Source of the DNA: Chiloscyllium plagiosum
Taxonomy: Eukaryota
DNA: 64,000 bases
NCBI RefSeq assembly: GCF_004010195.1
Contig: NC_057713.1
Location: 2,101,614 to 2,165,613, forward strand
Direction of reading: 5' to 3'
Shown here: positions 1 to 11,690 of the stretch, in pieces
Layout: each line of letters starts with the position of its first letter
Numbering within the stretch: position 1 is the stretch's first letter
Notes under the pieces: model-generated
Database searches by the model: none
Seen by the model: only the letters and a program-made list of their open reading frames with translations
Told to the model about the DNA's origin: nothing
Translations under genes and position numbers: made by a program

Positions 1-887
1 CTAGGGAGTGTTGCTGAACAAAGAGACCTTGGAGTGCAGGTTCATAGCTCCTTGAAAGTGGAGTCGCAGGTAAATATGATAGTGAAGAAGGGGTTTGGTA
101 TGCTTTCCTTTATAGGTCAGAGTATTGAGTACAGGAGTTGGGAGGTCATGTTGTGCCTGTACAGGACATTGGTTAGGCCACTGTTGGATTATTGTGTGCA
201 ATTCTGGTCTCCTTCCTATCGGAAAGATGTTGTGAAACTTGAAAGGGTTCAGAAAAAATTTACAAGGATGTTGCCAGGATTGGAGGATTTGAGCTATAGG
301 GAGAGGCTGAACAGCTGCGGCTGTTTTCCCTGGAGCGTCGGAGGCTGAGAGGTTTACAAAATTATGAGGGGCGTGGATAGGCAAAGTCTTTTCCCTGGAG
401 TTGGGGAGTCCAAAACTAGAGGGCATAGGTTTAGGGTGAGAGGAGAAAGATATAAAAGAGACCTAAGGAGCAACTTTTTCACACAGAGGGTGGTACGGGT
501 ATGGAATGAGCTGCCAGAGAATGTGGTGGAGGCTGGTACAATTACAACATTTAAGAGGCAGTTGGGTGGGTATATGAATAGGAAGGGTTTGGAGGAATAT
601 GGGCCGGGTGCTGGCAGGTGGGATTAGATTGGGTTGGGATATCTGTCGGCATGGATTGGTTGGACCGAAGGGTCTGTTTCCATGCTGTACATCTCTATGA
701 TTCTATGACTCTATAAATGAGCAGAATTACAACATTTAAAAGATATTTGGACAGGTACATGGATAGGAAAGGTTTAGAGGGATATGGGCTAACCACAGAC
801 ATTTGGGATTAATTCAGATTAGGAAACAGGTTCGGTACGAATAAATTGGTCTGAAGGGTCTGTTTCCATGCTGTATGACTCTATGAC
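1..887 (+). mobile_element. CR1 LINE 3' end (C-terminus of RT ORF2 and 3'UTR), followed by a second short 3' fragment
   Basis: LVRPLLDYCVQFWSP...LERVQKKFTRMLPGL and TRGHRF...FFTQRVVRVWNELP motifs; (ctatga)n-like tails at about 693-714 and 872-887. Confidence 0.92.
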
Positions 888-889
888 CC

Positions 890-1566
890 AGTAGAGGTGG
901 TGTACAGTATGGAGTGCCTTAACATTGACTCCGGACTCCATGAATTCTCATGACATCCGGTTAAACATGGACAATGAAATCTCCTGTTAAGTACTATGTA
1001 TTGTCCTCCCTCGGCTGATGAATTAGTAATCCTTTGTGTTGCAAGGGGGTGGCAAAGGCATAGAGTCTGGGTGAGAGATTTCACTTTCCACCACTAAGAG
1101 TGGCTGGATAGCAGCACTACTGACTGACCTGGTCAGGTCCTAAAGGACATAGCTGCTAGAATGGGTCTGCAGCAGGTGGTGAGGGAACCAACAGAAGGGA
1201 AAAATGTACTTGACCTCATCCTTACCAATCTGCCATGTGCAGATGCATCTGTCCATGAATGTATCAGTAAGACTGACCACCACACAGTCCTTGTGGAGAC
1301 GAAGTCCCTCTTCACACTGAGAATGTCCTCCACTGTGTTGTGTGGCACTATCACTGTGCTAAATAGGTCAGACTTTGAACATATCTAACAATTCAAAACT
1401 GGCCATCCATGAAAAGCTGTGGGTCACCAAGAGCAGCAGAACTGTACTCCAGCACAATCTGTAACCTTTTACCATCAAGCCAGGGGATCAAACCTGATTC
1501 AGTGGAGAGTGCAGGAGGACATGCCAGGAGCAGCACCAGTCATAATTAAAAATTAGATATCAACCT
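890..1566 (+). mobile_element. Older CR1-clade LINE (family B), endonuclease region; continues at 5951
   Basis: GLQQVVREPTEGKNVLDLILTN...TDH APE-endonuclease motif; collinear with the minus-strand copy at 24460-25800. Confidence 0.75.
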
Positions 1567-3915
1567 CGGTAACTGCTCCTTAAATAGTGTCCACATGTCT
1601 GCTGTGTCCTCTCTGTGGAACAATTGCTCCCAGTCTGTACTTCCCAACTCCTGTCTGATAGCGTCATAATTTCCTTTTCCCCAATTAAATATCATCCCTC
1701 GGTAACTGCTCCTTTCCGTCTCCAAGGCGATGCTAAACGTGAGGCAGTTGTGGTCACTGTCACCAAAGTGCTCTCCCACCAGGAGATCTGACCCCTGTCC
1801 TGGCTCGTTGCAGAGCACCAAATCCAAAATGGCCTCTCCCCTCATCGGTCTGTCTACATACTGAGTAAGGAAACCCTCCTGAACACACCTGACAAAAAAA
1901 GGTTCCATCCAAACCATCTGCACTAAGGAGGTTCCAGACGATGTTGGGAAAGTTGAAGTCACCCATAACAACAACCCTACTACATCTGCATTTTTCCAGA
2001 ATCTGTCCGCCTATGAGTTCTTCAATCTCTCTATTGCTATTTGGTGGTCTGTGGAAAATCCTTAATTCAGTGGCTGTTCCCTTGCTATTCCTAACTTCCA
2101 TTCAAACTGTCTCAGTCGACAAACCTTCCTCAACAACCTTCGTTTCTGTCGCCGTGATGCACTCTCTGATTAGCAATGTTGCACCCCCTCCTCTTTTCCA
2201 CCCTCCCTGTTCTTTTTAACCGTTCTAAACCCTGGAACATCAAGCAACCATTCCTGCCCCTGTGAAACCCACGTCTCCGTTATGGCCACAACATCGTAGC
2301 CCCAAGTACTGATCCATGCTCGAAGTTCGTCACTCTTATTTTAGACACTCCTTGCATTAAAGCAGACACACTTTAACCGATCCCTTTGTTTCATCGCGTG
2401 AGAAACCTTCCTGATAGATTCAATATATCCTGTTACTGCCCCATCTGCAACTGACCCCCTCTCAGACATGTGACTCTGATTCCCACCCCGACCTGCCAAA
2501 CTAGTTTAAACTTTCCTGAATCCCACGAGCAGATCTCCCATCCAGGATATTTGTGGCCCTCCAGTTCAGGTGCAACCCATCCTTCATGTACAGGTCCCAC
2601 CTTCCCCAGAAGGTATCCCAATGGTCTAGGTATCTGAAGCCCTCCCTCCTGCACCAACCTTGCAGCCACATGTTAAGCTGCATTCGCTGCCTGTTCCTCA
2701 TCTCACTGTCTCGTGGCACCGGTAGCAAACCTGAGATCACTACTGTACTCGTCCTGCTCTTCAGCTTCCAACCTAACTCTCTGTAGTCACTTTTCAGATC
2801 CTCAATCCCTTTCCTGACTATGTCATTGATGCCAATATGTACCACGATATTTGGCTGCTCACCCTCCCCCTTCAGAATCTTGTAAACTCGATCGGCGACA
2901 TCCCGGACCCTGGCACCAGGGACGCAACAAACCTTCCGGGAGTCCTGTTCCTGACCACAAAATCTCCTGTAATTCCTTCTAACTATTGAGTCCCCTACCA
3001 ATAGCGCTTTTCTATTTTCCCCTCTTCCATTCTGAGCCACAGTGCCAGGATAGTGCCAGAGACCTGACAACTATGGCTTTCCCCTGGTAGTATCCAAAAC
3101 GGTATACTTATTGCTGAGTGGAACAGCCACAGGGGCTCCCTGCTCTGGCCGTCGGTTCCCTTTCCTCCCCCTGACAGTAACCCAGCTGTCCATATCCTGT
3201 GTCTGGGGAGTGACCACCTCCCTGTACATCCTCTCAATTTCCCCTTCAGCTTCCCGGATGATCCCTCTTCCATTCTGAGCCACAGTGCCAGGATAGTGCC
3301 AGAAACCTGACAACTATGGCTTTCCCCTGGTAGGCTGTCCCCACCAGCAGTATCCAAAACGGTATACTTATTGCTGAGGGGAACGGCCACAGGGGATCCC
3401 TGCTCTGACCGTCGGTTCCCTTTCCTCCCCCTGACAGTAACCCAGCTGTCCTTATCCTGTGTCTGGGGAGTGACCACCTCCCTGTACATCCTCTCAATTT
3501 CCCCCTCAGCCTCCCGGATGATCCGTAGTTCATCCAGCTCCAGCTCCAGTTCCCTAACTCGGTTTTCGAGGAGCTGGAGCTGGGTGCACTTCCCGCAGAT
3601 ATAATCAGCAGAGACATGTGAAGTGTCCCTCACCTGCCAACATTCTGCAGAGGAACATGCAACTGCCCTAACATCCATATCCCACTACTCTGAAAGCCCG
3701 CACAGGATTAAACAAGGGAAGGGAAGGAAAAAACAGAGAAACCTGAAAACTTACCTAGTTTACAGACTCTTAGTAAGGTTAGAGGAGGTGGGTGGGAGGG
3801 AGGCCCTACGGTGTAGGGTCTCGGGTTTAGAGCTCACCCACTTAAACACTTCCCAGAATTCCTTCACTCCTCCCTCATATTTCTCAGCAAATGGAGGCCC
3901 CAACGCCTGAGGTAA
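1567..3915 (-). mobile_element. CR1 LINE 5' half, inverted: ORF1 (zinc finger, coiled coil, SGNH esterase) and ORF2 endonuclease, disrupted
   Basis: CSSAEC...YICGKC plus leucine heptads; LVGDSIVR, PGARV, HIGINDI and DGLHLN esterase blocks; VMGDFNFP and SDH endonuclease motifs. Confidence 0.9.
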
Positions 3916-3917
3916 GT

Positions 3918-5950
3918 CTCACATTTACCATAGCCTTGGAGAGGGAAAGGAGCAGTTACTGAGGGAAGATATTTAATTGGGGAAAAGGAAATTATGACGC
4001 TATCAGACAGGAGTTGGGAAGTACAGACTGGGAGCAATTGTTCCACAGAAAGGGCACAGCAGACATGTACAGACTGTTTAAGGAGCAGTTATTACGAGTG
4101 ATGCACGAATTTGTTCCTCTGAGACAGGTAAGAAGGGGTAAGATGAAGGAACCTTGGATGATGAGAACAGAGGAATGTCTCGTCAAAAGCAGCTTACATA
4201 AGGTGGAGGAAGCAAGGATCTAGCACAGCTATAGAGGATTACAGGCTTGCTAGAAAGGAGCTCAGAAATGGACTGAAGAGAGCCAGGAGGGGGCACGAAA
4301 AAGACTTGGCAGGAAGGATTAGGGAGAACCCAAAGGCATTTTACTCATACGTGAGGAATAAGAGAATGATCAGGGAGAAGGTAGGGCCGATCAGGGATAG
4401 CGTGGGGAACTTTTGCGTGGAGTCTGAGCAGATAGGGGAAGCCCTAAATGAGTTTTTTGCCTTGGTTTTCACCAAGGAAAGGGAACTTGTTGTAAATGAA
4501 AACTTAGTCAGCTTAGAGGAGCTGGGATACAGTCTTGACCAGATCAAGACTGATAAAGTTGATGGGCTAGAAAGTTTGGAAAACATTAAGACTGATAAGT
4601 CTCCAGGGCCAGACCAGATTTATCCTCGGCTGCTCCGGGAAGCGAGAAAGGAGGTTGCGAAGCCGCTGGCGAAGCTCTTTGCCTCCTCACTCTCCACAAG
4701 AGTCGTACCGGAGGATTGGAGGGAGGCGAATGTTGCTCCTCTTTTCAAGAAGGGTAATAGGGAAATCCCTGGCAATTACAGACCAGTCAGTCTCANNNNN
4801 NNNNNNNNNNNNNNNNNNNNNNNNNNNNNNNNNNNNNNNNNNNNNNNNNNNNNNNNNNNNNNNNNNNNNNNNNNNNNNNNNNNNNNNNNNNNNNNNNNNN
4901 NNNNNNNNNNNNNNNNNNNNNNNNNNNNNNNNNNNNNNNNNNNNNNNNNNNNNNNNNNNNNNNNNNNNNNNNNNNNNNNNNNNNNNNNNNNNNNNNNNNN
5001 NNNNNNNNNNNNNNNNNNNNNNNNNNNNNNNNNNNNNNNNNNNNNNNNNNNNNNNNNNNNNNNNNNNNNNNNNNNNNNNNNNNNNNNNNNNNNNNNNNNN
5101 NNNNNNNNNNNNNNNNNNNNNNNNNNNNNNNNNNNNNNNNNNNNNNNNNNNNNNNNNNNNNNNNNNNNNNNNNNNNNNNNNNNNNNNNNNNNNNNNNNNN
5201 NNNNNNNNNNNNNNNNNNNNNNNNNNNNNNNNNNNNNNNAATGCTGAATATAGGATTAAAGACAGGATTCTTGGCAGTGTGGAGGAACAGAGGGATCTGG
5301 GTGTGCAAGTACATAAATCCCTCAAAGTTGCCACCCAAGTGGATAGAAAGCGTTGTTCAGAAAGCATATGGTGTTTTGGCTTTCATTAACAGGGTATCGA
5401 GTTTAAGAGCCGCGAGGTTTTGCTGCAGCTCTACAAGTCCCTGGTGAGACCACACTTGGAATATTGTGTCCAGTTCTGGTCGCCCTACTATAGGAAAGAT
5501 ACAGAGGCTTTGGAGAGGGAGAAAAGAAGGTTTACCAGGATGTTGCCTGGACTGGAAGGCTTGCCTTGTGAAGAAAGATTGACTAAGTTTGGACTTTTCT
5601 CTCTGGAGAGAAGGAGGAAGAGAGGAGACCTGATCGAGGTGTACAAAATAATGAGAGGAATAGATAGAATCAATAGCCAGAGACTTTTCCCCAGGGCAGG
5701 ATTGACTGGTATGAGAAGTCATAGTTTGAAGATATTAGGAAGAAGGTATAAAGGAGACGTCAGAGGTAAGTTCTTTATGCAGAGAGTTGTGAATGCATGG
5801 AATGCGTTGCCAGCTGTGGTGGTGGAAACAGAGTCATTGGGGACATTTAAGCGACTGCTGGACATGCACATGGATGTTGAGGGGTGCGTAGGTTAAGTTA
5901 CTATATTTGGCACAACATCGTGGGCTGTACTTTTCTATGGTCTATGTTCT
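3918..5950 (+). mobile_element. CR1 LINE 3' half (ORF2 tether and RT, 3'UTR) spanning an N gap
   Basis: NPKAFYSY, KSPGPDQIYPRLL, PGNYRPVSL and LVRPHLEYCVQFWSP motifs; ttctatggtctatgttct tail. Confidence 0.9.
4796..5239. other. Assembly gap
   Basis: Run of N. Confidence 1.
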
Positions 5951-6530
5951 AACCTGGTGAAGCTGTAAAACAGGGTTGCTTGTATATCAAACAGCAAAAG
6001 CATCAAGTGATAACTAGAGTTAAGCAATCCCACAAATAATGAATCATATCCAAACTCTGCAGTCCTGCCACATCCAGTCATGAATGGTGGTGGACAATTA
6101 AACAATTCACTGGAGGAGGAGGCTCCATAAATATTAACATCTTCAATGATGAAAGAGCTCAGCACATCAGTGCAAAAGCTAAGTATTTGCAGCAATCTTC
6201 AGCTGGAAGTGACAAGTGGCTGATCCACCTCTCCCTCCACCAGAGGTCTCCATCATCACAGCTTCCAGTCTTCAGCTAATCCATCTAATGTCAAGGAATG
6301 GTAAGAGGCATTGGACTTTTTTTATTCATTGGCATCTTGGGGAGGCCAGAATTTCTTGGCCATCCCTAATTGCCTGGAGGGCAGTTAAGAATCAACCACA
6401 TTGCTGGGACCTGAAAACATTGCAGCAATAGTCCTGCTGACTTGTGGTGCAGAACTTGCTGCACTCCTAGTAAAGCTGTTCCAGTACAGCTACAACACTG
6501 GCATCAACCTAACAATGTGGAAAATTGGGA

Positions 6531-6652
6531 AAACGTGAGGACTGCAGATGCTGGAGAGTCAGAGTTGAAACGTTTGGTGCTGGAAAAGCAGGTCAGGCAG
6601 CATCCAAGGAGCAGGAGAATCGACGTTTTGTGTTTAATCCCTTCATCAGGAA
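6531..6652. mobile_element. Penelope-derived terminal repeat, family 1 (single arm)
   Basis: ctgcagatgctggag...ggaaaagcaggtcaggcagcatcc...cccttcatcagg, repeated many times in the window. Confidence 0.7.
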
Positions 6653-6719
6653 TGTCACAAATCTCTATATACAAAAAGCAGGACAATTGCAATCCAGCCA
6701 TCAGTCTACTCAATTATCA

Positions 6720-7220
6720 GAGTTAAAAATCACACAACACCAGGATATAGCCCAACAGATTTAATTGGTTAAAAATCACGCAACACCAGGTTATAGTCCA
6801 ACAGGTTTAATTGGAAGCACACTAGCTTTTGGAGCGACGCTCCTTTATCAGGTGGTTGTGGAGTTCACGATTGTAAGACACAGAATTTATAGCAAAATTT
6901 ATAACTTCACTTGAGAATGTAACTTTTTAAAAAAAGGTTTTGCTATTTACATATGGAAGAAGTGAAACTAACATGGTCATTTTAACAGAGAAGAGACTTA
7001 ACAAACAATCAAGGTCTTTTTCAATATATCATTTCAGTTATATCACACTGTAAACTTTTGCTATAAATTCTGTGTCTTACAATTGTGTCCTCCACAACCA
7101 CCTGATGAAGGAGCAGTGCTGCGAAAGCTAGTGCTTCCAATTAAACCTGTTGGACTATAACCTGATGTTGTGTGATTTTTAACTTTGTCCACCCCAGTCC
7201 AACACCAGCATCTCCAAATC
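6720..7220. mobile_element. Penelope-derived element, family 2, with terminal inverted arms
   Basis: gttaaaaatcacacaacaccagg...atcaggtggttgtggag on the left and its reverse complement at 7060-7185; hammerhead-like core at 7102-7133. Confidence 0.75.
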
Positions 7221-7581
7221 TCAAGTATCAGTAAAGGGATTAAAGATATCATAAATAATGTTATCAAACAGCAGTTTACACAGCAATAACCTTCACAACC
7301 TCATTACAGCCTTGGATCAAACATGGACAAAAGAGCTGAATTTCAGAGGACAGGTGAGAATGACAGCCCTTGATTTCATACATAGTGGCTTACATCAAGG
7401 CTGTGTTGGACTGACTGTGGCATCAAGGAACCCGAGCAAAACTAAAATCAATGACAATTAATGGGTTGGCATATAAAACATTGGTGTGGATGTTGGAGAT
7501 CAGCCATCTTAGCTCCAGGACATCTCTGCAGGGGTTCCTCAGGGTAGTGTCCTAGGCCCAACCAGCTTCAGCTTCATCAAA

Positions 7582-8756
7582 CATAGAGTCATAGAGATGT
7601 ACAGCATGGAAACAGACCCTTCGGTCCAACCTGACCATACCGACCAGATATCCCAACCCAATCTAGTCCCACCTGCCAGCACCCGGCCCATATCCCTCCA
7701 AACCCTTCCTATTTAAATACCCATCCAAATGCCTCTTAAATGTTGTAAGTGTACCAGCCTCCACCACTTTCTCTGGCATCTCATTTCATACACGTACAAC
7801 CCTCTGTGTGAAAAAGTTGCCCCTTCGGTCTCTTTTATATCTTTCCCCTCTCACCCTAAACCTATGCCCTCTAGTTCTGGACTCCCCGACCCCAGGGAAA
7901 AGACTTTGCCTATTTACCCTAACCATGTCCCTCATAACTTTGTAAACCTCTATAAGTACACCCCTCAGCCTCCGACGCACCAGGGAAAACAGCCCCAGCC
8001 TGTTCAGCCTCTCCTTGTAGCTCAAATTCTCCAACCCTGGCAATATCCTTGTAAATCTTTTCTGAACCCTTTCAAGTTTCACAATATCTTTCCAATAGGA
8101 AGGAGACCAGAATTGCACGCAATATTCCAACAGTGGCCTAACCAATGTCCTGTACAGCCGCAACATGACCTCCCAACTCCTGTACTCAATACTCTGATCA
8201 ATAAAGGAAAGCATCCCAAACACCTTCTTCACTATCCAATCTACCTGTAACTCCACTTTCAAGGAGCTAGGAACTTGCACTCCAAGGTCTCTTTGTTCAG
8301 CAACACTCCCCAGGACCTTACCATTAAGTGTATAAATCCTGCTAAGATTTGCTATCCCAAAATGCAGCACCTCGCATTTATCTGAATTAAACTCCATCTG
8401 CCACTTCTCAGCCCATTGGCACATCTGGTCCAGATTCTGTTGTAATCTGAGGTAACCCTCTTCGCTGTCCACTACACCTCCAATTTCGCTGTCCACTACA
8501 CCTCCAATTTTGGTGTCATCTGAAAATTTACTAACTGTACCTCTTATGCTTGCATCCAAATCATTTATGCAAATAACAAAAAGTAGAGGGCCCAGCACCG
8601 ATCCTTGTGGCACTCCACTGGTCACAGGCCTCCGGTCTGAAACGCACAAAGCCATGTTGACTATCCCTAATCAGTCCTTGCCTTTCCAAATACATGGACA
8701 TCCTGGCCCTTAGGATTCCCTCCAACAACTTGCCCACCACCGAGGTGAACACCTGA
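7582..8756 (-). mobile_element. CR1 LINE, 5'-truncated RT and 3'UTR
   Basis: [30 protein letters not shown] motifs; same family as 1-714. Confidence 0.92.
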
Positions 8757-10019
8757 GATACAGTCAATGGTGAGCAGAGTCCCTGGCTCTGTGCACAAAG
8801 TCTCTCTGTTGCTGTTTTTCAATGTTAGTTGCTGGTGAGCCCTGCAAAGCCAGTCTTTTTTTCCTGAATGTGCTGCAAGTATATGGGAGCTATGGCAGTA
8901 AATGGCAGACAGCAATGTCCTTGGATGCAGCTGGTGCTTGTTGATTGTGCCCTAAGTTGCTGTTTAAATGGTGTCCTTCAGAACGAGTGGCAAGCTGAAT
9001 TCAGCCGGATTTCATTCCGAAATCTAGGTCGAGTTTTCTTGATGTCTTGCTTGTTTGGTAATATAGGAAGCTGAATATTAATGAAGTGAGCTGGGCTGTT
9101 AACAGGGCGTTTCATTAGCAAAAATCTTCCTTAAAAGGTTACTCATTGCTGCCTAGTGAGAAACTCACCACGCTTCTTGTGAAAAGCATAAAAGATGAAG
9201 CAAGATACTAACAATGTTCCTCAGACTGTTACAAGGTTATGTTTCCACACTCCTGCATGAACTGCTGTGTCAAGAACCTCCATATAAGAACATGACAGGA
9301 GCAGTGGGCCATTTTGCCCTTCCAGCCTGATCAGCTATTCCATAAGATCGTGGCTGATCTGATACGACATTAATCCCAAAACATTCATTACTCTAAAATC
9401 CGACTGACGTCGCCTTGTATAATGTCAATGACGTAGTATCCGCTGCCCAGGAGGGGTCGACTTATGATCCTCAAAAACAAGCAATTTCTCCTCATCTCTG
9501 TCTTAAATGGGAGATGTCTCATTTTGAAACCATGTCCCTTAGGTCTAGAACCCTACACGAATATGAAACACTTTCAGGGAGAAGGATAGAAAGTGAAGGG
9601 GGAAAGGGGGGAGAAAGGCAGAGACTCATGCAGTTAAATTGACTTCTTGAATATTTTTATTGTGAGGTGATAAATGCTTATCGAGCAAGGTATTGAAATT
9701 ACCAGGGGTAGGAGAGAATGTGTGCTTGAGGTTACAGTCAAATCAACCATGATCTTAATAAATGAAGAAGCCAGCTCAAGGGGCTGATTGGCCTACTCCT
9801 TTTTGGTATGTTCATGTGAGCAGCAGTCTCGATGTAAATATGAATATTAAAAACAACTAAAAAAGTGAACAATTCTTCAAAGGAATTTAAGGTGTAAAAG
9901 GTGAGTTAATGAGATTCTTAGCTCTGATCCAGGCACTTTTTTTCCCTCGACCTTCAATTACTGTTAGTGATACCCATCCTCCCTTAATTAGCTATTCTTC
10001 ACTCCACCCCACTCCAGTT

Positions 10020-10115
10020 CTCAATTGGTTGCATTGGCACGCCTCCGCCTTCTTCAGCCTCAGTGATTGGTTGTTCTAACACAGGCTATGAAGGGGACCA
10101 ACACCAATAAAGGCA
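10020..10115 (+). promoter_or_regulatory. Putative promoter of actin gene A: inverted CCAAT boxes and a perfect CArG box
   Basis: ATTGG at 10024, 10033 and 10066; CCAATAAAGG at 10104-10113 fits CC(A/T)6GG; it lies just upstream of a strong splice donor. Confidence 0.6.
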
Positions 10116-10134
10116 GAAGTGGTAGTAGCCTGGT

Positions 10135-10180
10135 GTAGTATTCTTCCTGGTTAGACAATCCTGCTGTTCTCTGTGAGCTG
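10135..10180 (+). other. Putative non-coding exon 1 of actin gene A (start approximate)
   Basis: Donor CTG|gtaagt at 10180/10181; T-rich intron ending in ctag (10450) or ctgcag (10457) just before the ATG, as in other actin genes. Confidence 0.6.
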
Positions 10181-10464
10181 GTAAGTGGGGTTTGGCAATT
10201 AAGGAGTATGAGGAAGTAGAATTTGTGCTCTAACTAAATTGGTTGGAATAAGTTTTGTTTCAACTTTAAATATTATGATGTTTGTTGTGACTTTAAAGAC
10301 TTTAGTTTGTGTTGAATATAATGTTTTTGTAACCCTTTTTTTTTTCAATTAAAAGGGCTGGTTCTGGCATGTTGGCTGATGTTATTTTGATTATTTTTAT
10401 TAAAAATTGATCTAAAATGTGTTATGATTTAGAAAACGTTTTTCCTCTAGCCTGCAGATTCTAA

Positions 10465-10689
<225 letters not shown>

Positions 10690-10812
10690 TAGTCTGTCTT
10701 TTTTTTTAACTGCAGTATGTTGTAGTAGCAGTTTGTATTTGATATTTCTAATTAACATCAAAGCAGACCTGAAATCATTTGAAGACCTGAAACCTGAGCT
10801 GTTGCCTAGTTG

Positions 10813-11690
10813 TGCTGGACTGGGGTGAACAAAGTTTTAAAAATCTTGCAACACCAGGTTAGTCCAACAGGTTTATTTGGAAACACTAGCTTTGAGTGCT
10901 GCTCCTTCCACAGGAAGTGTGGAGAATAAGATTGTAAGGTGCAGAATTTATAGCAAAAGTTTAGTGTGATGTAACAAATCATATTGCAAAAGACCTGGAT
11001 TGCTTAAGTCTCACCTCTTAAAATGAACATGTTGGTTTCAGTTATTTCTTATGTAATTTACAGAACTTTTTAAAATTACGTTTTTCAAGTGAACTTTAAC
11101 AGTTAGTGTAATGTCTGCCAAATAATGCATTGAAGGTGAGGTGCCCTGTGTGAGACTGTCATGCCACAATGTTCAGAATGGTTCTAATCTTTAAAAATGA
11201 AATTACAGAATACTGCATGCATTCATGCAGTTTTGAACAAAACAAATGTAATCTTGCAGGTACAAATTCACCCTATGGGTGCGGTGTTTGTAAAGTGGTA
11301 TAACTCGGTGGAAGTGAATGAGAGGGGCTTTATTTGAGTGTCCCTAAATCTGTTTTTTTTAAGATTGTGGCACAGACAGCCTCACACCTTAAATGCATTA
11401 TCTGGGCTGACATGAAGCCAATTTTAAAGTTTACTTGAATGTAACTTTAAAGTTTCTTTCTTTACACGTGAAAAAACTGAAGCCAACATGCTCAATCTAA
11501 AAGCTGAGAGAATTGGCAAACAATCCAGGTCTCTTTCAATATAGAATTTCAGTTACATTACACTGTAAGACACAATTTATAGCAAAGGTTTACAATGTTA
11601 TACTCTATAACTACCTGATGAAGGAGCAGTCCTCCAAAAGCTAGTGCTTCCAAGTAGTCCTGCTGGACTAAAACCTGGTATTTTTGGGTT
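10813..11690. mobile_element. Family-2 Penelope-derived element with long inverted arms, in the intron of gene A
   Basis: Left arm 10813-11190 is the approximate reverse complement of 11360-11690; termini match 6720-7220. Confidence 0.7.

Larger units (their letters stand above)
5951..7581 (+). mobile_element. Continuation of the family-B LINE, degraded and interrupted by Penelope-derived repeats
   Basis: Resumes aacctggtgaagct; remnants of MTALD and [12 protein letters not shown] motifs near 7360-7570. Confidence 0.7.
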
